Both the position numbers and the translations under genes were made by a program. DNA of 64,000 nt. Source: Phoronis australis. Lineage: Eukaryota > Animalia > Phoronida. The DNA is taken from contig NMRA01000708.1 in NCBI GenBank assembly GCA_002633005.1, positions 125,872-189,871 on the forward strand, read 5' to 3'. Position 1 is the first letter of the stretch; every line of letters starts with the position of its first letter. Under the pieces are notes generated by a model. It saw nothing but the letters and a program-made list of their open reading frames with translations. It was not told the DNA's origin and did not search any database. Below, in pieces: positions 35,132 through 47,689 of this stretch.

Positions 35132-36301
35132 TTAAACTCTCATCCAAACAGTTTGCAAATCTTCACGTGATACCTTTAAAAGTTCTCCAGTAACTGTGTC
35201 GATGGCAACTAAGTCAACTTTTGCATCAACGCTTAAGAAAAACGCGTTTTCTGGAAAATCTGCATGAAACGGCGTACTTTTGAAAAGCTGTCCTGATGAA
35301 CTTGTGAAATACACAGAATCATGACCGACTCCGATATGATGAATTTCAGATGACGAAGGCACCAATGCAATAACAAACGTCCATGTAGTTCCCTTTTCAT
35401 CTGGTCTGTCACCGTAAGTTCCGTTTTTGTAGAAAATCGCATTTGCACGGGCCATCCACACCCCAGCTCTACCAATACATAATGCAGAGCCTGATACACC
35501 CATCGGCTCAACACCAACAAAACTATTTTGCCCTGTATCAAAACCGTACACATACCCTAGGTCGTGAAGTCCATTATTTGTTGCCCAAACGCTTCCGGAA
35601 ATAGGCGATACGGTGACGTGTTTCGTATTACCTGGGACATTCACTCGATCAGTCGTTGTAAGACTTTCAATGACAGTTTCGTTAGTGAGCCCTGGAATAA
35701 AGAACGTGCTATAAGTTGATCCGGATTTTTGAACAACCCAAACGACTTCATTGCCAGCGGAAACACTTTCAGCAGAGGCGCCCTCCAGTAGAGCAGACAT
35801 GTCCTTCCAACCAGTGGACGTCATGGCAGTGACCGTTCTTACCGACCTGTGAGAGCCCATCTTATAATAAAGTTTGCCGAATCTGTTGATTGCCCAGACA
35901 CCCGCACTGCCGCACGTCAGCCGCGACACATCCGTGATCCCTGGCAGCTTTAACCAGCGGGATTTTGGTAATTCAAAGTGTATTTCGTACACTGTTGAAG
36001 ATGAGGCGTTTGACAAGGCAAGGGCCTGACCAAACGGTACATTCATCCAAGTAAATATGCCACAAACAAATTGTACATCATGACAGCTCGTGTTATGGCG
36101 CGTTGCACTTACGGCTCGACATAGTCTGTCTCTCAAACACAACAGTCTACATTTACTCTCTTCCCAAACCTTTTCTGTACTCGAGGCAACTCCGTTGATA
36201 CGCCTTTGATGATAAACAGTGAATAATGCACCACAGTTGACAAAAGCGAGGTGAACAATTAGAAGTGTTGTACAAGACAACGCCACTTGTAGACTCAACA
36301 T
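35132..36301 (-). CDS. Intronless secreted protein (389 aa): signal peptide, PAN/apple-like domain, tectonin-like beta-propeller (lectin-like)
   Basis: ATG at 36301 and hydrophobic leader MLSLQVALSCTTLLIVHLAFVNCG. PAN-type CRLLCLRDRLCRAVS...C. Repeated blades LTCGSAGVWAINRFGKLYY, VSAGNEVVWVV, VTVSPISGSVWATN, LCIGRAGVWMARANAIFY...GTTWT, IGVGHDSVYF. Confidence 0.8.
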   Translation of the reverse strand: MLSLQVALSCTTLLIVHLAFVNCGALFTVYHQRRINGVASSTEKVWEESKCRLLCLRDRLCRAVSATRHNTSCHDVQFVCGIFTWMNVPFGQALALSNASSSTVYEIHFELPKSRWLKLPGITDVSRLTCGSAGVWAINRFGKLYYKMGSHRSVRTVTAMTSTGWKDMSALLEGASAESVSAGNEVVWVVQKSGSTYSTFFIPGLTNETVIESLTTTDRVNVPGNTKHVTVSPISGSVWATNNGLHDLGYVYGFDTGQNSFVGVEPMGVSGSALCIGRAGVWMARANAIFYKNGTYGDRPDEKGTTWTFVIALVPSSSEIHHIGVGHDSVYFTSSSGQLFKSTPFHADFPENAFFLSVDAKVDLVAIDTVTGELLKVSREDLQTVWMRV

Positions 36302-37333
36302 CACGTAGCAACAGTTTCCTGGTAGTGCTACAGCTATCCGATAATCCAACCAGTAGCGAACTAATGAAGTATGAATGTGCTTTCAACTTAATAACATTAC
36401 GCAAAGACAAAACAAATTCCTTTTCCTATTATACTGACAATGCTTTGATTACCAAGATCACCATATGGTTTGAATGATATTTTTTAATCATAAATGTATG
36501 TACGAGTTCGTGTGTAGGCCTATGTATGTGTTAAAACAATAGTCCCTAGTGATTTGCAAGGGCGTTCTCATTAAATACCTGGTTGAATGAGATTTCAACA
36601 GTTACTTGAGTGTTAACACATAATATAAAGAAACCAGATGTCATCACAACGAAATTGTATGCAGTAAATCACGAATCCTCACTTGGCACAGTCTGAAGCC
36701 GAGTGACACTCTGCCATATTAGATTTACCCTGAACTCGGAAGTGAGATTCATTCAAGAAGAACAAGATAACAAGGCCGTCTATCTGGCTGTGCTGGGTGC
36801 GAAAAATAACCTGGTCAAGCTTCTTACTCTAGAATAGTTCCCATCGCAATTTATTGCACTCCTCCCGATTACGCACCATCATTTCGCCAGTCTGCATGTT
36901 CGATTAATGAATGGCGAGGTTTTACTCTTAGTTAATACATGTACCTAGGAGTATAATACATCACCCAGGTTAATATTGGTTGTAAATAACAAGGAATAAC
37001 TTTTCGTGGGGCGAAGTGAACCATGCCAACTCTCGAGGAGGCTTCTTACCCTCTGACACAGCGCCACCTATACATGTACCTTTCGTAGCACTGTGAACGC
37101 GTGTAGGAGGCTCCCTCGATGGTGACCGGGCAGAAGAAATAAACAAAGTGCAGATGCGTGTTATTGCAATTCTTGTGAAGAACTTGCTATTTTGAATTCA
37201 AGATTTATTTTGTTTATTTGTGGAAAATTCCACGTGCGTGTAATGTTTTTGTGCCACTTAGCATTATTAGCGACCAACGAGGCCGGTGTTACAATATTAT
37301 ATTTGTGTTTTTAAGGTGATATTTATTTATTCA

Positions 37334-38375
37334 CAGTGGCGGATCTAGGATATCACAAGGGGGGGCAACATTTTGTCCGGCTGTAAGCATTTGCGCTAAG
37401 TGAACCACAATTGTAGATGCGCATAGCACCGAATGGGGGGAGGTCGGGAGGGGGGTTTGCCCCCATTCCGCCCAGGAAATTTTTCTGTTTTTACCTCTAA
37501 AAATCAAGCATTTTCCTTGATTCCTGAAGTATTATCCAAGAAAAGGAGGCAAAAAAAAAAAAAACGGAGAACGTGTCAAACAGGAAAAGTCGCAAGTTTC
37601 AGAGATTCGAACTCACGACCTAGCGGTTGGAGCGCGCGTGCATTACCACTACACCACCACGAATAAACAAGTAATCGTATATATAAGAGACCTACTTGTT
37701 TATGGTCCACATTGGAGCGCGCGTGCATAACCACTACACAACCACGAATAAACAAGTAATCGTATATATAAGAGACCTACTTGTTTATGATCCACAGCGT
37801 TTGCGCGCGAAACCCACTTCTTTTTGTAATGCTTATTACACGTTTTATATTTTGTGCCATCAATTCTTAACAAATTTGTCGTATTTAAAATAGTCTTCAA
37901 ATGCCCAAAAGACCAAATCCGTTTTTCGTGTTGGCAATAATGACAGGATTGCTTTGGAAATCGTCTTAAGTTAAGGTTTGACAAAGAGAGTATTGCGAGT
38001 TTCTGAGTGATTCACTAAGGCTTCGATTAAAATTCACATCTTACCAGCAGCTTCTGTTTTTTCATCGTCACTCAGGTTCCATTTTCTTTAAAAAATGAAG
38101 TAAATTTTCTTCATTACACAGTGGAGCAGACGACGGAAACGGAGTCGTAGTGCGCAGCGCCACTGCCGGTCGCCTGGGATATCGCGGGAGAGCCTGCACT
38201 TAGCCANCCCAACACTAAAACTGCACACATTTAAATCTTTTTTCATCCGTATAATTTTAATTACCGGGGTTAATTAATAAACTCAACATTTCCCTACGCT
38301 CTTACTGTTTTATTTTTTGCGGCAGCCAGGTGGGGGGGGGGGCGGGCCCCCTGGGCCCCCCTAAATCCGCCTATG
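37334..38375. mobile_element. Element bounded by CAGTGGCGGATCTAG-type TIR-like ends, containing a tRNA-like segment
   Basis: cagtggcggatctagg...ggggggc at 37334 and gccccccctaaatccgcctatg ending at 38375. An N at 38207 means the two ends may belong to different copies. Confidence 0.5.
37600..37660 (-). mobile_element. tRNA-derived (Trp-like, CCA loop) SINE head or pseudo-tRNA
   Basis: Minus strand GGTGGTGTAGTGGTAATGCACGCGCGCTCCAACCGCTAGGTCGTGAGTTCGAATCTCTG has A-box, B-box and a CTCCAAC loop. The acceptor stem does not pair. Confidence 0.55.
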
Positions 38376-38879
38376 ATTCAAGAACACTCAGAACTATACA
38401 CGGAAAATAATGAAAGCCCAGAAATTGCACAGTATGGTTCTTTGTCTTGTGAAGTACCATATTTAGTGGCAACGGTTGAATTATAAAAATCCCAGCCTTG
38501 CACTGTTTCAAAAGCAGGTTACAATATACATTTCCATTGAAAGATACATTTATAGAAACTAAATGAAATACGATGAATTGATAAAACACGGGTAAGGTCT
38601 TGACCTTTTTGTTATTACTAAGAATGAATCATAGGCTCTACTGGTTAATTAACTTTGTATAGATTGATCTTAACTGGTCCTTGACTTAACAATAAGTTAT
38701 TGTATTAACTGTCGTGAGGACAGTGTAATTGTGTGATATGTACCGTATTGAATAAAAAAGTTGATAAAGAAAGAAGAGAAAAGAGCCTAATGCGCTACCC
38801 AGCATTTACAAACCAAAGAGGGGATGGTGTTGTAAGAACACATTCGACACGAACACTGTATGTACGATCAGAGAGAAAT

Positions 38880-39700
38880 GAGGTAATCACATTGAGAAGT
38901 TATCCAGTAATGCCATAGGATCGGAGTTAGTTGTGGGGTAGAATGTAATGGAGGGACACAGTCGGAAGCAGAGGCTATATATAGAAAAATGGACCTGACC
39001 CTCTCGTCCTTCTCAAAATGTAAATGAATGTCATGTACTATTTCAGCAAGTTGTGCCACGGTGCTGTTCCCAGGCAAAAATCCAAATTGACGATGATAAA
39101 TCAATTCGTTTTGTTTGTGAAATGTAAGAATATTTTGAGCAATGATCGTCTCGAAGATTTAAGATAGGGTGTTGAGTAACGTTATTGGGCGATAGTTAGA
39201 AATTTCAATTATAGAGTCTTTTTTGTGTACAAGGACCATAATTCCATGTTTCCAAGAAGACGGATACAGACAAGAATTTTCAGTGGTAAATAGGTTGGTT
39301 AAAGGCATGGTTATTTCATTGGCAATCGTTTTGATCTTTCTGCTGGTGATAAAAGCTGTGCCAACATTCTTATTGCGGTCAGTTTCATTGTGATACTTGC
39401 GGACGTCTGTTTGATTAGCCAGGATATGAGACAGTTGATCGAGACAACGTTCATGGAAAAAGGGAAAATTACCTACAGTGTACATCAGATGTTGTAACGC
39501 GCCTTTTGTTCGTGAAAAAAAATGTGGAATAGGTCACGCTTGTCACTCCTACTTGATGCTAGGTTACCATTGTAGCTGATGACTGGGTAAGAGGATTGTT
39601 TTTGACTGCCGCGTATTTTATTGATGATATCCCAGTGTTCTTTGGAGTTCTTGCGTACATTGTTAATTTGTGATAAAAGCTTTTGGAAATTCTACATTGG
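38880..39700 (-). mobile_element. Degenerate CR1-like RT fragment
   Basis: YPSSWKHGIMVLVHKKDSIIEISNYRPITLLNTLS and QFGFLPGNSTVAQLAEIVH...VRSIFLYIASASDCVP (decayed FLDISKAFDxV). Confidence 0.8.
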
Positions 39701-40096
39701 AAGCTATGTATCTCTGCATGCTTACCCTGAGATCTTTGTTAGCACAGGTAAGGTCAGGAAATTTGCAAGAGATGGAATTAAGAAGGTTCTTGGGGGAAAT
39801 CCATTCAATGATAGACTATGTACGTAACCGAAGATGAAGACAAAATGCATTTATGTTCGTTTGCACCGGATATAGTAGCTGTAAGAACGGTGTTCCTAAT
39901 TAAATTCTCCTTTTTAAAAATTGTTTCTAAATTATCCACAAGCTCTTGAGAAGTTTTGGATTAGGCCACTACTGAGATTGCCGCCAGAGTACATGTAGCC
40001 TGTATGATTGTGCATTGTATAAACCCAAGAAGCTGGACATGTATTACTGAAAAAGTCTGTATTGCATTCTGGGATGCACGCATGCCACTATAATAA

Positions 40097-40168
40097 ACAT
40101 ACATACATACATACATACATACATACATACATACATACATACATACATGCATGCATACACACACACAT

Positions 40169-40237
<69 letters not shown>
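40097..40237. repeat. Compound microsatellite (TACA)n-(CA)n-(TA)n
   Basis: Directly visible. Confidence 0.95.
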
Positions 40238-40240
<3 letters not shown>

Positions 40241-40339
40241 CGCGTATCACGTGTGTTCTATAGTGCCATGACATAGTTTGCCTGTTGCTGTTTGTTTGGA
40301 AAAGTCACAGGATGTGTCCAGAGCAGCCGCCGAGTTACA

Positions 40340-41599
40340 GTATGTAACTGGTATTCGTGAGTACAGTGCATATGGCTAATTGGTCAAAATGCAAACTCCC
40401 TATTTACAAATGTGTTAAGTCGGAGTTGTGTGGTTATGGAAGTCTTGTTCTTATTGGTTATCGTATCGTGATACTCGAAACGTTGCGGTGTGCGTGCTCT
40501 TGATTTAGCGCACGAAGAACCCTAAAGCACGGTGTGGTGGCCAGGTATGGACTGTAAGTCTCGGTTGCCACTCGTTGGTGAACTCAATAAGCCGCAACCG
40601 ATGCAGCGCACGCACGGAAATAACAACGGGTCCCTGACAAGATATCGCGGTTGATTTGATGGGCCAGATGCCAACTGGAGAACACATTTTGCAGCTGTGG
40701 ACTATGATAGCCGTATTTTTTTAATTTAACAGACTAATACGTACTTCGTCTCGTATGGTTGAGTTACTGGAACATATGTTTGCGCTTTTTGCTGTGAAAA
40801 CTGACAATGGTTGTTGGTTTTCGTCGAATGAGTTCGAAAACTATCTGAGAACGGTGACGAGCATCGCACATCTGTGTTAGCGCATTGTACAACTCTTCAC
40901 TCGGCAACTGGCGAGACTCCAGCTAATCCAGTGTTTCGTCATTAACTGCGTTCTGAGTTGCTGTAGCTGAGAGAGAGATCACCATTGGACGGCATGTGGT
41001 CCTGATCGAGATAACTATGCTAAGTTGTCTAGTAAACGTGTTCTGAATGAGTCTCGTGGAGCTACTTATTCTGAGATCAGTGTCGGTGACAAGGTGTTGT
41101 TGCGTAGCATTGCAACGAACTATCATCCCGCACCGTTTACTATTTCTTAGTCAGCAGAGGGGAAGGAGGTCATTGTCCTGTCGGAGGATGGCACAAGTTA
41201 TCGACGCGATGCTTCGTTTGTGACTCTTGAGCGAGGTGTAGATGCTGAAAACTCTTCTCCAATCCATGGCAGCGGCACTTCTTCATGCGGTGCAATGTTT
41301 GAACTTTGTGTTTGACCTTAGAGGAGTGTTAAGCCACCTGACTACCTTAAGGACTATGTAGTTAACAAGTATACTCTTGTTTAAAAGACTCTCAAGTGGA
41401 CTTGCTTTGAGTTGCTGTGTTTAACGTTTGAGCGTGGGTTACATGCTTTGCTGTTTTCTTATTTAAGAGAGTCACCGTCCGAGAAAAGGAGGGCTGTAAT
41501 GTACTAAACTAACTCTACATGGCAAGGCTAACTTTACTTGGTAAATAAAGATGGCGGAGCACAGTCATAATTATTATTGTCTGTGTTAATCCGACAACA
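40340..41599 (+). mobile_element. Decayed Ty3/Gypsy integrase with polypurine tract and short 3' LTR (41495-41599)
   Basis: RIVILETLR..ALDLAHE, WWPGMD, GP*QDIAVDLMG, AVDYDSR, KTDNGCWFSSNEFENYL. Purine tract gagaaaaggaggg directly precedes TGTAAT...AATAAA...ACAACA. Confidence 0.75.
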
Positions 41600-42972
41600 T
41601 CACTTTAAAGGCCACTTTACAGACTCGTTAAAGAAAACTGCCGAAAGTTTAAGTTCCAGCCTTTTGCTCGTGCTTGCAGCCACAATATGAAGCGTTTTGA
41701 AAGCGAGTCGGCTGTCGTTGTCCACGATGTAGACTAAGGTTTAAGAAATTATGTTACTATACCAAGATCACATTGAGGTTTTAGGGAGTTGGTACGTGTA
41801 AACTCGATGAAAAGGATCACGTTGGGAGAATTGAAGAATATTGCAAATGAACTTAACGAATGGTCGGTGGCATCTCGAATTCAGGAGCTGGCAGCGTCAA
41901 CCTATGTCCGCAAAGACCGATCGGTTACTGAGTGTCACTGGGAGAATGGAAAGTGCGGGTGTTTGAATAAATCACCACGAACGCTGAGCAACTTAAACAA
42001 TATCTAGACTATTTGTAATGTACTGTGCTCGTCAATGCCGTCATCAAAAAGAGCGTGTTATTTATGACCACGATCAGTATAACTGTGTGATTCTTTGCAA
42101 TGCCTCTTGGCAATTTCTGGGTCTGTATATTTATCGTACTGAATATTTTATAATAAACATTAAAAAAATCTTGATAATGAAACAACCCAGACCTCGAAAG
42201 ATTGCTAACAAGCAAAATCATTACATGTATCTTTCCACCATACCAATCAACATCCAATCCCGTTGGTCGAGTCAATACTCCAAAAAGTGTCCAGTCACAT
42301 GAGTGAAAGCTGTTTGTAACTTGGCACGCGATTCGTCAATTTCCGAGTCGAGTTATGAGTCAGCTTTGATGTTCACGTGTCCTGTTAAAATTTGCGAAGG
42401 GTTGGACTTGTCGCCGGAGACCACGTAATCAATGGTAGAGGGACAGTCATCTCCGGCGATTTGCATGAGAGAGGCTGTACAGAACCTGTGCCGGTTTTGT
42501 GACTGATATTGCTTGACCAACTCAAACGGGTAAACTAGTTATTAGAATGTACCAGAGTCCAAATGCTCAAGCTAAATTTCACACTAGTTAGCTGTTGCAT
42601 CCTTTTAATCACACCAACAGGTCTTGCCACATTCCTTACAGTGATGTAGTTTCCATTACCGGCAAGAAAATTTTTCAGATCTAACAGGCGTTGGCTAACC
42701 CTGAAATTGCAATTTCGAAAATCGTGACATGTAAGCATCCTCTGAGAGCCAAGTTTGAAAAGGAAACAGAAATCTGTGTCTCTGTAAGGATTATAAGATG
42801 CGAGTAAAACTCCAATTCTACGTTTGTCAGCTAAACAAAGGGAAATCTCAACTTAAATGTAATAAGTTCTGAAGTTCAGGAAGAACGAATATCTGCTCAA
42901 GATGTAAACATCGTATATTCACGTTTGCAGACACACCTACAAGAACTTAATCTGTTGCTTTAAAACTCCTCC

Positions 42973-45900
42973 CTAATTATTCTTATCCAAGATTGTGACC
43001 ATTTCTTCGTCTACTGATTCCTTGTACTGTGCTGAACATTTTCTCAAAAGATACAGCGGGATTAAGGACAACATCGCATTAAACATCCCGCCAAAACAAA
43101 AGTACATCAGTGCCATAGGTCCGATTGTATCAAACGTGAGTGGTATTATCGGTGGCAATACAATGGTTCCCGCTATCATGCCCGCTACACAAATGTTGAC
43201 CATGACTGAGTCATCCGCTATGTATGCTAGAGAAAAACTGACAAAGGAAGCAAACACTGGACTACAGCAAAGACCTATGGAAATGGTTGAAAACCAGAGG
43301 AGAAACGTGCTTCGTTCGGCGGCAAAACATAGCACCAGAAAAACAACTGCCAGGGCGGTTATGTTTACAACAATTATTACAAAAGAATCGACCAACTTAG
43401 AAATCCAAATAGCGTTAATACATCCAAAAGTATACGCGCCATAGCAGACCGACAACATCAGGACTGCTTCTGACTTTGTAACGTCTGCCTTGGACTCAAT
43501 GCAAAATGTAGTGAAAAGATCTATGAACGATTTCTGAGAACTGCTGTAACATAAGGATACGAAAAATATCAAAACAGCCATTGTGATATTTGTTTTATTG
43601 CGGAACACTTGGTTTGATTGACTTGACTCTTCTGCTTGTGATGTTACGGTGGCGGTGTCCTCATCTTTGGGTTGTTTCAGGAAATATATAATGAAAAAAC
43701 AGAGAGCTGGTACAAAACACGCACAGCCAAGTATTACGACGGTATCCGTAAAGAACATGAGACTCAGACCAGTGACGTGCGCCTGATAGACTACAGTTTA
43801 GCGCACAAAGAGAACTCGCGTTATCATTGGGAAGATAAGACATAGACGTCTCGTTCCACGACTGGGTTCTGCCTATTTCTTCTGACTGGAATGGCCGAAC
43901 AATCAATGCTCCAGCAAAGGGACCAAAAAACTTGAACGCGCAGACTGCTTGTAAGAGCTGTGCTCGATGCCTTGCACCAACTTTCACTACAATAACTAAT
44001 AACCCTGCAAAAAATAAGAGTACTCAGAATTAGAACATATATTTTCTTGTGTTTAGCGTGTGTGTGCTGTTAGCGTAAATTCTCGAGATCTCGCGTGATG
44101 CAGTTGACTGACCCAACGAATGTCGACAATTATTATAACCAGCCTCATCAACTACTTCGAATTCAGTCAGAGCAGAGGCACCCAATGTCGTCATCGTTGC
44201 ATTTCGTGACGAATCACGTCATCGCCACGTTGTTACCGACGCCACAATAGAACCGATATCTGCTACAAGCCCGCTGTCCGTAAACATTTTCTAAAATGTT
44301 ATCACCTTGATTGAGATTATTTATAAGGTAGTCTCAACTTGTACTCAATGCACCTTGTTTGTGAGTTCTAGGATTTGAAACAACTGAAAGTTCACTGTTT
44401 CTTGAGACCGGCCTCCCGTTCAATAACGCTAGGACTTCGCTAAAAGTCAGTTCGCGAGATTATGTGAGGTATTATCGTGTTTTTTTTTTTAAATGAGAAC
44501 ACGTGACTTTGGCTATGTTTTAGGTAGGCCCGAGCGTAGATCCTAGTACTAACGATGGCACGCCGGGCTTAAAAATTTGGATTGTCACCGTGGATGCTGT
44601 AGCCTCGAGCCATAAACAAGTTCATTTTTGTCAAATGACTAGTAATGCTTCTAACACTTGAACCTCTGAAGGTGCTAGGCCTTCCCTGGGAGCGGAACGG
44701 ACCCTGCTCACTTCGGCGATTGCTAATAATACCGCCTGGACATCCTGTCAGAGATTTGTTACAAACAAAATAATAATATTCTTGTATGGACGTGAGTCTA
44801 CACTAGTGACTCCTGATGAATCTCACAATTCTAATCAATGGTTGCTGTTGACATGGATTTTGAATACAAACCGTATTCATCTAGTGCACCTCAACAAACG
44901 GGTACAGTTAATATTCATAAGAGACAAAGTTGGATCAACTAAAATAACTTGGCACAGGTATAACAAAAATGTAGCAGACTGTTTTCCAATTCTGAATTTG
45001 ATACTAGTGCCTTATTTGAACAGAAAACACTATACGAAAAAATTCCTTAAATTCTCCAGATTATCGAATACTCATGGTTTGCACTGCTGAGGTGAGAGCA
45101 TTTATCCATTGACAACTGTAAAGTTTACCAGTCTGACATTTTCCGCAAAATAAATGGAATAAAATTCTAGTCAACATTCATTAATAAAAGGAATGAAAAG
45201 ACAACAAACACACCACAGCAAGGAGTTACTTAGTCTGCTTTCTTCAAAGCCATTCGATATCAGCATGTCAGGGTACTTCGGAAAAATGTAACCGTGACAA
45301 ATTAAAATGAACACTTGCTTCTACAACATGCACTCGTTAAGTATTCAAGATAAAACAAGGCAACAATGCGAAACAGTGAAAGCACAGCGACGTGACTGCA
45401 AGTTGTCCAGGGTCGTCTGATAAACTGCTCCTAGCCGTCCAAAATGGTTTTCAGAGAGTTTGTGAAGTCCCTAAAAGAAACTACAAATGTAACATCTCCA
45501 GAGACGGTGATCGTTGTACGTAGGAGATTGAATGATTTAATGTTCCCCAAACTAAATTAGGGTTCTTAGTCATATTTCTCGACTTTTACTGCAGGATTGA
45601 CGGAAATTTGATATCGGATAAATTGCACGGTCGTGTCATAAGAGGTGTATACAGGATTGTGAGTTCGGCGGAGCAGGGCATAGTATTAGTTAGGATATTA
45701 CCTGTCAGACAATCGCACCCCCGAAGTGCCAATTAGAATCTGGGAAATTTTATGGGGGCTTGGACTCCTTGGCCCCCAGCATCCATCACTAATCATCACG
45801 TATGCTACGCGCCATTCAAACGAGGCTGCCATTCTTAAGCTGCTATTCAGTGATTAACGACTTGTCTCCATTGAAGTTCTGAAATCAATCCCAATGGTGT

Positions 45901-46704
45901 TCTGCAGCAATGAAAATGGAGATAACTCTACTGAAAAGGGCGAATTGGTGTCACAGTACTCACGTAATACGCTACACGCCTGCAGGAAAAAGTGAAAAAT
46001 TCTGATTCGCGTAAAACTCAAGCCCGTTCCTGAACTCGCATTCTTAAAACTATTATTCGATGCACTCGCTGTAGAATTCCTTGAGACGTTCTGAACCCCG
46101 TTCTCTCCTTCCGTCGCCCTTCTCACGTTTGCTCCCTTACCACCTGAAGCCTCTATACACAGTACATGTACGTCTTCCAATTGCATCACCACTCTTCTTA
46201 TCTAATCTGCCTTTTTTGTTGCACCCTTGTGGGCGCACCAATATGTAGAGTGACCGCCTCAACTACCACTGCTAGCAGGAAAACTGGTTCTGTCGTTCAA
46301 GCGAACCCCATACCTGACTTAACGCGCACCCCTGAACGGCTTATTTTTCATTTAATACATGTACGCGCTCGTAGTGGGCCCAAAATAAATTCGGTAACTA
46401 AAATGACGTCGTTCAACTTACCCACGCCCAGTATCCCAGCAACGAAAGCCTGGACTGCAATTATTACAATCATAAGGTATATTGAAGAAGGTAGCGGGAT
46501 CACAGCGGTAGTGATTCCTAACAGGACCAAATTCAATGCCATCACAAGGGTGCTGTCCATTGCCAAGAAAAAATTCGTCGCCACAGTTCCAGTAAATAGT
46601 CCCAGAGACCACAGAAGAAGAACAGCTGATGCTTGAGAGGTCGCCGAGTGGGTAATTTGCAAAAGGTCAGGTAACGCAGGACCTAGTATGTTCAAAGCCA
46701 TGGA
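42973..46704 (-). CDS. MFSD4/NAGLT1-like (sodium-dependent glucose transporter 1-like) MFS transporter with a 1-bp frameshift; pseudogene or sequence error
   Basis: Exon 46704-46422 (ttttcag|SMALNILGPALPDL...GILGV, G|gtaagt, phase 1) and exon 44004-42973 (ttttttgcag|GG, LLQAVCAFKFFGPFAGALIVRPF). Many TM helices. The frame changes at ~43741. Confidence 0.8.
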
Positions 46705-47689
46705 CTGAAAAGATGAAATTACGGAACGAATAAAATGTAATAGTAAATCTAATAGTAGTATATATGAAAACTTGTTTTTGGGCCATTACACATCGCTCGA
46801 AAAGTAGATTTTGTGCATTTAGCTGTCGGAAACGTGATGGCACGAGCCAAGACAAAAACATAAATAGAACACAGGAGATGGCGCTGCATGTTCATTTCTG
46901 TTCACACCATGCTGACATAGAGGCTAATATGAACACGAAAAGTTTAACAAAGTTTGGTAATGGAATAGTGTATATAGCAGGACATGATATAAAATTCCCT
47001 ACTCTTTGGACTGTAGGAGAATATTTCTTGATTTCGGACAGTGATATTGTGTTTGCATGCATGATATGCATCAGAGTATATATCGTTGGGTTTCTGGAGA
47101 ATGACTATTAAATAGTTGGGGGTTCATTAAACCTTCAACAATTGAAATCAACCAATTGTAGTAACTAGAGACAGGAAAATATGTTATATTTATTTTGAAA
47201 ATAATGAATTCGTGCCGAAAGGGCAAAATTTAAGAATAAATTTTGAAAAATCTGGTTTGCGTTGGAATTATTTCGTGCTAATGTTATCCAAAAAGAAGCA
47301 GAAAGACTATCGTTAAATTGCCTGTTAGCAGCGTGACCTCATTTGAATTGCCTTTGATCCGAGTACAGGAACATTGCAGATTAAAATCTGGATGGTATAA
47401 ATGACTGGGCGAACGGACGCACACGGGAGGAGAACTCATTTTACCTTTGGCATTCATGTTATTTCCAGAATAATTCAAACCATTTCAGCACACGTAAATG
47501 TCAATTTGCGTAGATATATCACCATAGCCAAACGTAATATATTTGAGTTGTTTTGCATGACAGAAGGTACTGAAGGTATGACCAACTTTCAGGAGTAGAC
47601 TGATACTGGTTTTAGTTTGTTGACTTTCATTAAGCCACTCTGTTTACTAGCATATAGCAGTGATGATGTAATTTGAATACTAGAGAACA

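Noticed and set aside
39961-40274. ORFs with MYVC and YI repeats
   Set aside because: Translation of (TACA)n/(TA)n microsatellites.
28540-41599. Idea that the Gypsy RT fragment (28.5-28.9 kb) and integrase/LTR fragment (40.3-41.6 kb) are one element that captured the lectin gene
   Set aside because: Same strand and order, but no shared LTR pair or TSD and 11 kb of unrelated sequence between them; unsupported.
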